From NCBI GenBank assembly GCA_051252135.1, contig JBPOGH010000002.1, positions 1 through 64,000 of the forward strand: 64,000 nucleotides of DNA, read 5' to 3'. This document shows positions 26,771-35,480 of the stretch, one piece after another. Position numbers and translations under genes: made by a program. Under the pieces are notes generated by a model. The model was not told the origin of the DNA. It did no database searches and saw nothing but the letters and a program-made list of their open reading frames with translations. The stretch is from Verrucomicrobiaceae bacterium (lineage in GTDB: Bacteria > Verrucomicrobiota > Verrucomicrobiia > Verrucomicrobiales > Akkermansiaceae). Each line of letters opens with the position of its first letter. The first letter of the stretch is position 1.

Positions 26771-27196
26771 ATGTTCAACAAGCTCGATCACATTGCCATT
26801 CTGGTGCGGGACACGGAGGAGGCGCTGACATTTTACCGGGACACGCTGAAGCTGGAGGTGCTGGTGAGTGAGGAGTTGAGCGAAGTGGGGGTGAGGCTGA
26901 CGCATTTGGATATGGGGAATGTGAAGTTGCAGCTGGTGCAGCCGTTGCGGGAGGATCATCCGCTGATGGCGCAGCTGGAGGAGAGGGGTGAGGGGCTTCA
27001 CCATTTGTGCTGGGGGGTGGAGGATACGGAGGAGGCGATGGCGCAGCTGAAGGATCATGGGCTGGAGGCGAAGGCGGGGGAGCCGCATCCGGCGCCGGAG
27101 GGAGGTTCGGCGGCGTTTATTGATCCGGCGCTGACGAGGGGGGTGCTGTGGGAGATGACGGCGAAGGGGAATTCGGGTGGAAAATCCGGTGGTTGA
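26771..27196 (+). CDS. VOC family protein (methylmalonyl-CoA epimerase-like)
   Basis: LDHIAILV, GEGLHHLC and AFIDP..TRGVLWE. Confidence 0.82.
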   Translation: MFNKLDHIAILVRDTEEALTFYRDTLKLEVLVSEELSEVGVRLTHLDMGNVKLQLVQPLREDHPLMAQLEERGEGLHHLCWGVEDTEEAMAQLKDHGLEAKAGEPHPAPEGGSAAFIDPALTRGVLWEMTAKGNSGGKSGG

Positions 27197-27257
27197 TGAT
27201 GAGGCGAATTCATCGGTCGGGGGTTGCGATTTTTGGCTGGGAGTGGCAGAAGGCGGT

Positions 27258-28790
27258 GTGAGTAATCCTTTTCGCGAAGACCTCGTTTCCCGGAATCGCC
27301 CCGAGGCGTGCACGGTTGTTATTTTTGGTGCCACCGGTGATTTGACGCACCGGAAGTTGGTGCCGGCTCTCTATAATCTGGCGGTGGATGGTGAGTTGCC
27401 TGCGGGGGTGAAGATTGTGGGGTTTGCGCGGCGTGATTGGACGGATGAGTTTTTCCGCGAGGGTCTGGAGAAGTTGAACCGGGAGGTGTCGCGGACGGGG
27501 CATGATGAGGAGATGTGGGGGTCGCTGGCTCCGAATATCAGTTATCATCAGAGTGAGTTTCAGGATGAGGATGGTTATCAGCGGCTTGCGGAGCGGCTGG
27601 ATGCGATCGATGCGGAGCGTGGGGGGAAGGGGAACCGCTTGTTTTACATTGCGAGTGCGCCGGAGTATTTCGACGATATTTTGCTGAATTTGAAGAAGGT
27701 GGGCTTGAGCGATGAGCGTGAGGGTTGCTGGTCACGGGTGATTGTGGAGAAGCCGTTTGGGACGACGCTGGCGACGGCGCAGCATCTCAATGAGGTGGTG
27801 AACGGGACGTTTGAGGAGAAGGATACGTATCGGATCGATCATTATCTGGGGAAGGAGACGGCGCAGAACATTATGGTGCTGCGTTTTGCGAATGCGATTT
27901 TTGAGCCGATGTGGAACAAGCAGTACATTGATCATGTGCAGATCACGTGTTCCGAGCATCTGGGGATGGAGGGGGGTCGTGGTGGTTACTACGATAAGGC
28001 GGGGGCGTTACGGGATATGGTGCAGAACCATTTGTTGCAGCTGTTGAGTCTGGTGGCGATGGAGCCGCCAACGGATCTTTCGGCGGACGGGGTGCGGGAT
28101 GAGAAGGTGAAGGTGATTCGCTCGTTGCGGCAGTGGGATACGCCGGAGCTGGTGGCGAAGAATGTGGTGCGTGCGCAGTATACATCGGGAAATATCAACG
28201 GGAAGGAAGTGCCGGGTTATCGGGAGGAGGACCGGGTGGATCCGGAATCGGAGACGGAGGCGTATGTGGCGTTGCGCTGCATGATCGATACGTGGAGGTG
28301 GAGCGGGGTGCCGTTTTATGTGCGGATGGGTAAGCGTCTGCCGAAGAAGGCGACGGAGATTTCGATTCACTTCAAGGAGACGCCGAGTGTGTTGTTCAAT
28401 GCGGCGCCGGGCGGGGTGCCGGACGGGAATGTGCTGGTGATCCGGATTCAGCCGGATGAGGGGATTTCCCTGAGGATCAACTCGAAGCTACCGGGGACGA
28501 CGCTGCGGATGGAGCCGGTGAAGATGGATTTCCATTATGCGACGAGCTTTGGAAAGAGCAGCCCGGAGGCGTATGAGCGGCTTTTGCTGGATGCGATGGC
28601 GGGAGATGCGACGTTGTTTGCGCGTCGGGACGAGGTGGAGGAGGCGTGGCGCTTTATCGATAATATCGAGAATGCGTGGCACGAGAGTGAGGATCCGCCG
28701 GAGATGGCCGAGTTCCCTGCGGGATCGTGGGGGCCGAAGGAGGCTGAGGAGATGTTGAAGGGTGAAGGACGGAAATGGAGGAGGTTGTAA
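27258..28790 (+). CDS. zwf: Glucose-6-phosphate 1-dehydrogenase
   Basis: GATGDL, EKPFG, RIDHYLGKE and RDMVQNH. GTG start at 27258 inferred. Confidence 0.96.
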   Translation: MSNPFREDLVSRNRPEACTVVIFGATGDLTHRKLVPALYNLAVDGELPAGVKIVGFARRDWTDEFFREGLEKLNREVSRTGHDEEMWGSLAPNISYHQSEFQDEDGYQRLAERLDAIDAERGGKGNRLFYIASAPEYFDDILLNLKKVGLSDEREGCWSRVIVEKPFGTTLATAQHLNEVVNGTFEEKDTYRIDHYLGKETAQNIMVLRFANAIFEPMWNKQYIDHVQITCSEHLGMEGGRGGYYDKAGALRDMVQNHLLQLLSLVAMEPPTDLSADGVRDEKVKVIRSLRQWDTPELVAKNVVRAQYTSGNINGKEVPGYREEDRVDPESETEAYVALRCMIDTWRWSGVPFYVRMGKRLPKKATEISIHFKETPSVLFNAAPGGVPDGNVLVIRIQPDEGISLRINSKLPGTTLRMEPVKMDFHYATSFGKSSPEAYERLLLDAMAGDATLFARRDEVEEAWRFIDNIENAWHESEDPPEMAEFPAGSWGPKEAEEMLKGEGRKWRRL

Positions 28791-29869
28791 TGACGGTTGA
28801 TATTTCAACAGAAGGGCTGGGGATTCCGGTGGAGGTCTCGGCGATTGACGGCGAGTTGAAGAAGCTTTGGGAGGCGGATGAGGCGAGCACGAATGCCTCG
28901 CTGATGAACTTTCTGGTTTACACGGAGGACCCGACGCAGTTGACGGCGAACTCCGAGATGATTCAGGGGCTGACCCAGGAGCATGCGTGCCGGGCGGTGC
29001 TGATTGCGATGAACCGGAAGGCTCCGGAGCCCTCGGTGAAGGCGTGGATTACGGCGCACTGTCATTTGGCGCACGGGAAGAAGTCGGTGTGTTCCGAGCA
29101 GATTTCCTTTTTGTTAAGCGGGAAGTCGTTTGGGCGGTTGCGGAACACGGTGTTTGCGCATTTGAATAGTGATTTGCCTCTGGTGTTTTGGTGGCAGGGT
29201 GAGATTTCCGATCTCTTTGAGGAGCGGCTCTACAGCACGCTGGACCGATTCATTTTTGACAGTTCGACGTGGGAGAATCCGAAGGATGGTTTTGCGAAGC
29301 TGACGGAGGCGCGGGAGCAAACGAGCGATCACATGGTGACGCAGGATTTGGCCTGGACGCGGAGCTTTCATTATCGGCTCGCGCTGGCGGGGCTTTTTGA
29401 TGATCCGGTGGCGGAGCGGGCTTTTCCCGAGTTGGAGAAGGTGACGATCAGGGCGCAGCGGAGTCAGCGGACGAGTGCGCTGCAGTTGCTTGCGTGGGTG
29501 GCGGAAATGGCGAAGTGGAAGGATGGGCTGGAGCTTGGTCTGGCGGCGGAGAAGAATGAGGAGGAGGGGGAGTCGTTTCTTTTTGAGTCCAAGGGGGGCC
29601 GCAATGTGGTGGCGAAGGTGATCTGGGATGATGAGGGTGCGCCGATCAGTTTGCTCTCGGTGGAAGCGCCGGGAGTGGAGGTGAAGGTGAGCCGGGAGAA
29701 GGGGAATGCCCATCTTTGTCAGGCGATCTGCACGGACGGGCACTGTCTTTATGTGAGCGGCCCGGCGGATGCGGATGAGCCGGAGGGTCTGGTGGCGGAC
29801 CAGCTTTCACGCGGCGGGAAGAACTCGCTTTTTCTGCGGGTGTTACCGCGGTTTTTGGAGATGCTCTAG
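28790..29869 (+). CDS. opcA: G6PD assembly protein OpcA
   Basis: Coupled to zwf (TAATG); HACRA, VCSEQI, DLPLVFWW and DLAWTR. Confidence 0.88.
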   Translation: MTVDISTEGLGIPVEVSAIDGELKKLWEADEASTNASLMNFLVYTEDPTQLTANSEMIQGLTQEHACRAVLIAMNRKAPEPSVKAWITAHCHLAHGKKSVCSEQISFLLSGKSFGRLRNTVFAHLNSDLPLVFWWQGEISDLFEERLYSTLDRFIFDSSTWENPKDGFAKLTEAREQTSDHMVTQDLAWTRSFHYRLALAGLFDDPVAERAFPELEKVTIRAQRSQRTSALQLLAWVAEMAKWKDGLELGLAAEKNEEEGESFLFESKGGRNVVAKVIWDDEGAPISLLSVEAPGVEVKVSREKGNAHLCQAICTDGHCLYVSGPADADEPEGLVADQLSRGGKNSLFLRVLPRFLEML

Positions 29870-30157
29870 TCCTACTTAGTTGAATTGAATTAAAACCGCA
29901 GATGAACAGGATGGAAGGGATGCTTTTGGATGGTGGGAAGTTTCAGCGGTGGTGAGGGTGAATGTGACGACAGAGAACGTGGAGGAAGCTGAGCTGGGCT
30001 GAAGAGAGAAGATTTTTCACCACAGAATGAGCGGAAGGAGCAGAAGCAGGTCGACCGCAGGGCTTAGGAGGGATGGTGAGGGGCTCGTTTGTGGGAGCTT
30101 TTTTCGCTGGCGGAGGGAACGTAGCCGGACCTTTACGGAGAAAGGTCCCTGCCTCAT
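29870..30157. repeat. Intergenic region with periodic triplet motifs and a GTAG-led hairpin
   Basis: AACCGCAGATGAACAGGATGGAAGGGATG, CACCACAGAATGAGCGGAAGGAGCAGAAG and GTAG-cc-GGACCTTT-acggag-AAAGGTCC (30121-30148). Confidence 0.5.
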
Positions 30158-30931
30158 TTAGCGGATGATGCCGCGCTCCGAGGCTGCGATGAAGTCGAGG
30201 AGCTTTTTGACGGTGGGCTGGGAGGCGGTTTCTTCGGGGAGGGCGGCGATGGCGTCCGAGAGGTTGCCGTCTTTGCGAAGGAAGAGTTTTTTGTAGGTGC
30301 GCTTGAGGGCGGTGAGGTCTTCCGGGGTGAAGCCACGGCGCTCGAGGCCGACCTTGTTGATCATGCGGACGGCGGCGGGGTTGCCATCGACGATGGTGAA
30401 GGGGGGGACGTCCTGGACGATTTTGGTGATGCCGCCGATGAGAGAGTGTTGGCCGAGGCGGCAGAATTGGTGGACGCCGGCGAGGCCGGAGACGATGACG
30501 TGGTCTTCGACGATGACGTGTCCGCCGAGGGTGCCGTTGTTGGAAAGGATGACGTGGTTGCCGACCTGGCAGTCGTGGGCGACGTGCGAGTAGGAGAGGA
30601 AGAGGTTATCGTTTCCGATGCGGGTGGGGAGTTCTTCGAGGGTTCCGCGGTGGATGGTGGCGTTTTCCCGGAAGACGTTGCGATGACCGACGATGAGGGC
30701 GGTGGGTTCACCGGCGTATTTTAAGTCCTGGGATTTGATGCCAATGGCGGCGAAGGGGAAGAATTCGTTATCATCGCCGATGGTGGTGTGGCCGTGGATG
30801 ACGACGTGGGAGTGGAGGCGGCAGCCTTTTCCGAGGGTGACGTTGGCCTCGATGACGCAGAAGGGGCCGATTTCGACGTCGTCGCCGATTTTTGCATCGG
30901 GCGAGATGACTGCGGAAGGATGAATGGACAT
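30158..30931 (-). CDS. lpxA: Acyl-ACP--UDP-GlcNAc O-acyltransferase
   Basis: Hexapeptide repeats; QDLKY, TIHRGT, HVAHDC, VHQFCR and QDVPPF. Confidence 0.95.
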   Translation of the reverse strand: MSIHPSAVISPDAKIGDDVEIGPFCVIEANVTLGKGCRLHSHVVIHGHTTIGDDNEFFPFAAIGIKSQDLKYAGEPTALIVGHRNVFRENATIHRGTLEELPTRIGNDNLFLSYSHVAHDCQVGNHVILSNNGTLGGHVIVEDHVIVSGLAGVHQFCRLGQHSLIGGITKIVQDVPPFTIVDGNPAAVRMINKVGLERRGFTPEDLTALKRTYKKLFLRKDGNLSDAIAALPEETASQPTVKKLLDFIAASERGIIR

Positions 30932-30937
30932 GGAGGC

Positions 30938-31366
30938 TTAGCCGACGTCGGCGACGCCTTCGTCGCTAAAAAGATCGCGTGCGTCAACACTAGCCTCGAT
31001 GAGTTGCCATTGGCGGTCGAGGTTGAGGCGGAAGGAGGCGAGGTGTTTTTGGGGCCATTGGTCGGGTCCGATCATGGAGAGGACGTTCTTTTGGCGCATG
31101 CGGTAGAGGTGGTAGGTTTCGCCGATGGTGGGTTCGAATTGGATGTCGGCCTCGTAGACGAGCTTGTTCCAGTTGAAGTGCTCGATGGTGGCGATGTATT
31201 CCCGGCGCATTTCCTCGAGCTTGTTGCTGAGGTCTTTTTCGACCTGGCTGAGGCCGCGGGATTTGAAGGAGGTGAGGTCGTTGGGGACGATCCTGGGGCT
31301 GAGGGTGGAGACGGGGTAGGGCATGAAGGCGCCGGACCGGGGTTGTTCCGTGATGAGTTCGTCCAT
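30938..31366 (-). CDS. DUF2452 domain protein
   Basis: PYP.S..SP.I and YEA...FEP.IGETYHLY...LSMIGP.QW. Confidence 0.75.
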   Translation of the reverse strand: MDELITEQPRSGAFMPYPVSTLSPRIVPNDLTSFKSRGLSQVEKDLSNKLEEMRREYIATIEHFNWNKLVYEADIQFEPTIGETYHLYRMRQKNVLSMIGPDQWPQKHLASFRLNLDRQWQLIEASVDARDLFSDEGVADVG

Positions 31367-31459
31367 GTGTGTTTGTTAAGATGGCAGAGAAGCGGGTTGG
31401 GGCAACTGACATTTTCCGGACCTTGAATGATTTATGATTTAAGACATGTTAAGTAAGAT

Positions 31460-34105
31460 ATGGGGTTGAATTTTGAGGTCAAGGGCTTGCACTTGGCGGA
31501 TATTGGCCTGCGATTTGATGCATCGCGGCCGGTTCCGTGGGGATTTGTTTCGCATGGTCATGCGGATCATTTTGCGCGTCATGAGCGGATTTTGTGCAGT
31601 GAGGGGACGGGTCATTTGTTGCGGAAGCGGTATGGGGTGGCGGCGGAGAGGGTTGAGACCTTGAGGTGGGAGGAGCCGCTGGAGGTGGAGGGGCATGTGA
31701 TACGGTTGTTTCCGGCGGGGCATATTGCGGGATCGGCGATGATTCATGTGGAGAAGGAGGGGGAGAGTTTGTTGTATACGGGGGATTTTAAGATGAGGGA
31801 GTCGCTGACGGCGGAGAGGTCGGTCTTTCCGCGGGCGGATATTTTGGTGATGGAGACGACGTTTGGTCGGCCGCAGTTTGTCTTTCCTCCGACGGCGCAG
31901 ACGCGGGGTGAGATTGTGGATTTTGCGCGGGAGGCGATCGAGGATGGGGAGACGCCGGTGTTGCTGGCTTACTCGTTGGGGAAGGCGCAGGAGGCGTATG
32001 CGATGTTGAGTGCGGCGGCGATTCCGGTGGTGATGCCGAAGGCGGTGTATGAGATGACGGAGGCGGTGAGGGAGATCGGGTGGGATCAGTTGCCGGTTCC
32101 GACCTTGATGGGGAAATCGGTTCCCAAGGGGGTGGCGGTGATTGCTCCGCCGAGTGCGGTGAGGTCGACGGTGTTGCGCAAGTTGAAGGGGCGGAGGACG
32201 GCGATGTTGAGTGGTTGGGCGCTGACGCCGGGGGCGCGGTATCGCTATCAGGTGGATTGTGTTTTTCCGCTGTCGGATCATGCGGATTTTCCGGGTTTGC
32301 TGGAGGCGGTGGCGCGGGTGAAGCCGAAGACGATTTATACGCTGCACGGGAGCACGCGGGAGTTTGCGGCGGAGTTGCGGGTGCGGGGGTATGATGCGTG
32401 GTCGATTTATGGTGATGATCAGCTGGAGTTGTTGGGGGAGCCGGTGAGGGATGCGAAGGGGTCCGACCGGATCAATCCGCGTCCGGGGTGTGAGCTCCGT
32501 GATTTGAGCAAGTTGCTGGAGGAGGTGGCGGGGACGGCATCGAGATTGAAGAAGGTGGAGTTGTTGGGGGAGTTTTTGAGGGGGAGGGATGATGAGACGT
32601 TGGGCAGGCTGACCCGTTGGTTGAGCGGGGACGGGGTGAGTCAGACGGGTGGGGCGTTGATTCGGCAGGCCTTGCTGGATGCCTCTGGGAAGCCGTTGGC
32701 GAGTTATAAGATGATCTCGGTGCAGCAGAATGATTCGGCCCGGACGGCGCGGGTGTTGCTGGAGGATGTGGTGCTTGAGCCGCGGGGGTATTCCTTTGAT
32801 GAGGTGGCGGAGGAAATGGGAAGGCTGGAGGAGGCGAAGGGGTCGCTGGAGAAGACGGGGATTTTGGCGGAGTGGCTGCGTCATTTGCATCCGCAGGAGG
32901 GGGAGACGGTGGTGCGGCTGCTGACAGGGGGGCTACGGGCGGGTGCGCGGGAGGGGATTTTTGAGGAGGCGGTGGCGGCGGCCTTTGGGGTGGGGGTGTC
33001 GGAGGTGAGGCATGTGGCGATGTTGACGGGTGATTTGGGAAGGACGGCGGTGTTGGCGCGGCGGGGCGAGTTGGGGGAAGCGCACCTGCAGGTGGGGGCT
33101 CCGATCAAGCCGATGTTGGCGTCGCCGACCGGGGATGTGGAGGAGTTGTTGGGTTGGCATCAGGGGTTGGGGGGGGACGGTCCGCTTTGGCTGGAGCCGA
33201 AGTATGACGGGATCCGGGCGCAGCTGCATGTGGGGGAGGATGGGGCGCATTTGTTTTCGCGGGACCAGCGGTTGCTGGATGAGGAATTTCCGGAGGTGAT
33301 TGAGGCGGCGAAGGTGCTGCCCGAGTGCATTTTGGATGGTGAGCTGATTGCGTATGCGGAGGGGAGGAAGCTGACTTTTTTTGATCTGCAGAAACGCTTG
33401 GGGAGGAAGAAGGTGCAGGGGGATTTGTTTTTGGGAGCGTCGATTCCGGTGCGGTTTATCGCCTTTGATTGTTTGCATGCGGGGGGGCGGCGGAACCTTT
33501 ATGAGGCTTCGCTGGGGGATCGGCGTGCGGTGCTGGAGTCGTTGGGATTGAGGTCGCCTTTTTCGGTGATCGAGGTGAGTCGGTTGACGGGACCGGGTGA
33601 GATCGAGGCGGCGTTTAAGGAGGCGATTCAGGGAGGAGAAGAGGGGTTGATTGCGAAGGATCCCGAGGCGGGGTATCAGCCGGGGAGGCGGGGGAAGGCG
33701 TGGCGGAAGTTGAAAGGGGTGATGCCGACGTTGGATTGTGTGGTGGTGGCGGCGCAGCAGGGGCACGGGAAGCGGGCGGGGGTGTTGTCCGATTATACCT
33801 TTGCGGTGAGGGATGAGGAGAGTGGGGAGCTTCGGATTCTGGGGAAGGCTTATTCAGGGCTCACCGATGTGGAGATTGAGGAGCTGACGGAGCACTTTGA
33901 GCGGACGACGATCGAGCGTTTGAGCAGCAGGGTGCGGAAGGTGGAGCCGACGATTGTGCTGGAGATTGCCTTTGACCGGGTGAGGCCATCGAAGAGGCAT
34001 GATTCGGGGTTGGCGTTGCGTTTTCCGAGGATCAAGGGGATTCGGCGGGATAAAACTCCGGCGGAGATTGATACCTTGCGGACGGCCTTACGGCTGGTTT
34101 CGTAA
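31460..34105 (+). CDS. Fusion: MBL/beta-CASP exonuclease + ATP-dependent DNA ligase
   Basis: N-terminal SHGHADH, AGHIAGS, YTGDF, ETTFG and LSDHAD. C-terminal KPMLA, EPKYDGIR (KxDG), ILDGE, EGLIAK, GKAYSG and LRFPR. Confidence 0.92.
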   Translation: MGLNFEVKGLHLADIGLRFDASRPVPWGFVSHGHADHFARHERILCSEGTGHLLRKRYGVAAERVETLRWEEPLEVEGHVIRLFPAGHIAGSAMIHVEKEGESLLYTGDFKMRESLTAERSVFPRADILVMETTFGRPQFVFPPTAQTRGEIVDFAREAIEDGETPVLLAYSLGKAQEAYAMLSAAAIPVVMPKAVYEMTEAVREIGWDQLPVPTLMGKSVPKGVAVIAPPSAVRSTVLRKLKGRRTAMLSGWALTPGARYRYQVDCVFPLSDHADFPGLLEAVARVKPKTIYTLHGSTREFAAELRVRGYDAWSIYGDDQLELLGEPVRDAKGSDRINPRPGCELRDLSKLLEEVAGTASRLKKVELLGEFLRGRDDETLGRLTRWLSGDGVSQTGGALIRQALLDASGKPLASYKMISVQQNDSARTARVLLEDVVLEPRGYSFDEVAEEMGRLEEAKGSLEKTGILAEWLRHLHPQEGETVVRLLTGGLRAGAREGIFEEAVAAAFGVGVSEVRHVAMLTGDLGRTAVLARRGELGEAHLQVGAPIKPMLASPTGDVEELLGWHQGLGGDGPLWLEPKYDGIRAQLHVGEDGAHLFSRDQRLLDEEFPEVIEAAKVLPECILDGELIAYAEGRKLTFFDLQKRLGRKKVQGDLFLGASIPVRFIAFDCLHAGGRRNLYEASLGDRRAVLESLGLRSPFSVIEVSRLTGPGEIEAAFKEAIQGGEEGLIAKDPEAGYQPGRRGKAWRKLKGVMPTLDCVVVAAQQGHGKRAGVLSDYTFAVRDEESGELRILGKAYSGLTDVEIEELTEHFERTTIERLSSRVRKVEPTIVLEIAFDRVRPSKRHDSGLALRFPRIKGIRRDKTPAEIDTLRTALRLVS

Positions 34106-34210
34106 AAAAGGCCGGGACACCCGCAATGCGAATGTCCCGGCGAGGGTGTGTCCGTTGGGGGGACCAATGGGAGCGGCAGCTCTTGTTGGGGAGTCGCTGC
34201 CGCCACACCC
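34104..34210 (-). ncRNA. Candidate structured small RNA ending in an intrinsic terminator
   Basis: Outer stem GGGTGTG/CACACCC encloses two hairpins whose loops both read CCCCAAC on the minus strand, followed by a GCCGGGACA/TGTCCCGGC stem and a T-run. Confidence 0.5.
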
Positions 34211-34290
34211 ACCGACAAATGTTGACGGTGGAAAACGGTTTACAGGAAAATGAAACTTTTTTTCGCCTGCGTCATGGGTTCAATTGGGGC

Positions 34291-35397
34291 GTGGAATTGA
34301 GCGATCTCGGATGGGACCCGTTTTTTAGCGATGCCTTGGAAGAGGTGGCTAAGGAGGGGTGGGTTCCCGCGCGTCTGATTGGTGAGACGAAGATCAACTT
34401 TGCGGCTTTGTTGGGGGATGGTGAGGAGCTTGATTGTGTGGTGGGGGGGAAGGTGTGGCATGATGCGACCTGCGATGCCGATTTACCGGCGGTGGGCGAT
34501 TGGGTGGCTCTGGAGTTGGGGGCGGGGGATGAGGATGAGCACATCATCCGCGCGCGGCTCCCCCGGAAGACGTGTTTTTCCCGCAAGTCACCGGGGAAGA
34601 GCAGCCAGGAGCAGGTGATGGCGGCAAATGTGGATGTGGTGGTGGTGGTGACGGATGCGGGATCGGATTTTAATCTCCGCCGGATGGAGCGGTATTTCGC
34701 TCTCGTGTCGCGGAGTGGCGCGAAGTGTGTGGCGTTGATCAATAAGTCGGATCTTTTCGAAGATGAGGTCAATGAGGCGGCGAGGCGTGAGATACAGGAT
34801 CTTTGGGCAGATGCGGATGTTCGTATTACGAGTGCGACGCGGCAGGAGGGTCTGGAGGTTCTCCGGAGCTATTTGAAAAAGGGGGTGACGCTGACGATGG
34901 TGGGGTCGAGCGGGGTGGGGAAGTCGACATTGGTCAATCAGCTGCTGGGCGAGGAGTGGCTTTGGACGGGCGAGGTGAATGATGTGACCGGAAAGGGGCG
35001 TCATACGACGGTGGCCCGTGAGCTTGTGGTGTTACCCGATGGGGGGATGTTGGTGGACAATCCGGGTATTCGCGAGGTCCAGATGTGGACGGATGAAGAG
35101 ACCTTGCGGGAAAGCTTTGTGGATGTGGAGGCGTTGGTGGATCAGTGCAAGTTTCGGGATTGCAAGCATCAGGGCGACAAGGGCTGTGCGATTGAGGCGG
35201 CGGTGAAATCGGGAGAGCTGGATGCGCGGCGCTATCAGGGATTTTTACAATTGGATGAGGAAATCGAGGAACTTCGATTTCGGCGCAAGAAGCGGCAGAT
35301 GATTGTGGAGCGCTGGGGGAAGCGGAACAGCCGGATCAAGGCGCGGAACCGTGAGGATCGAATTGATCTGGATAAGGAACAGCGCGGTGAGGAGTAG
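34291..35397 (+). CDS. rsgA: Ribosome small subunit-dependent GTPase A
   Basis: AVGDW, NKSD, GSSGVGKST, GRHTT, DNPG and Zn-finger CKFRDCKH..GC. Confidence 0.93.
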   Translation: MELSDLGWDPFFSDALEEVAKEGWVPARLIGETKINFAALLGDGEELDCVVGGKVWHDATCDADLPAVGDWVALELGAGDEDEHIIRARLPRKTCFSRKSPGKSSQEQVMAANVDVVVVVTDAGSDFNLRRMERYFALVSRSGAKCVALINKSDLFEDEVNEAARREIQDLWADADVRITSATRQEGLEVLRSYLKKGVTLTMVGSSGVGKSTLVNQLLGEEWLWTGEVNDVTGKGRHTTVARELVVLPDGGMLVDNPGIREVQMWTDEETLRESFVDVEALVDQCKFRDCKHQGDKGCAIEAAVKSGELDARRYQGFLQLDEEIEELRFRRKKRQMIVERWGKRNSRIKARNREDRIDLDKEQRGEE

Positions 35398-35480
35398 GGG
35401 GAAAGCGACCGTGTCCCCGAAAAAGGGACGGCTTTGGTGATAGCAAGGTTGGTGGACGGAGAGTATTGCTTTTCGAACCG

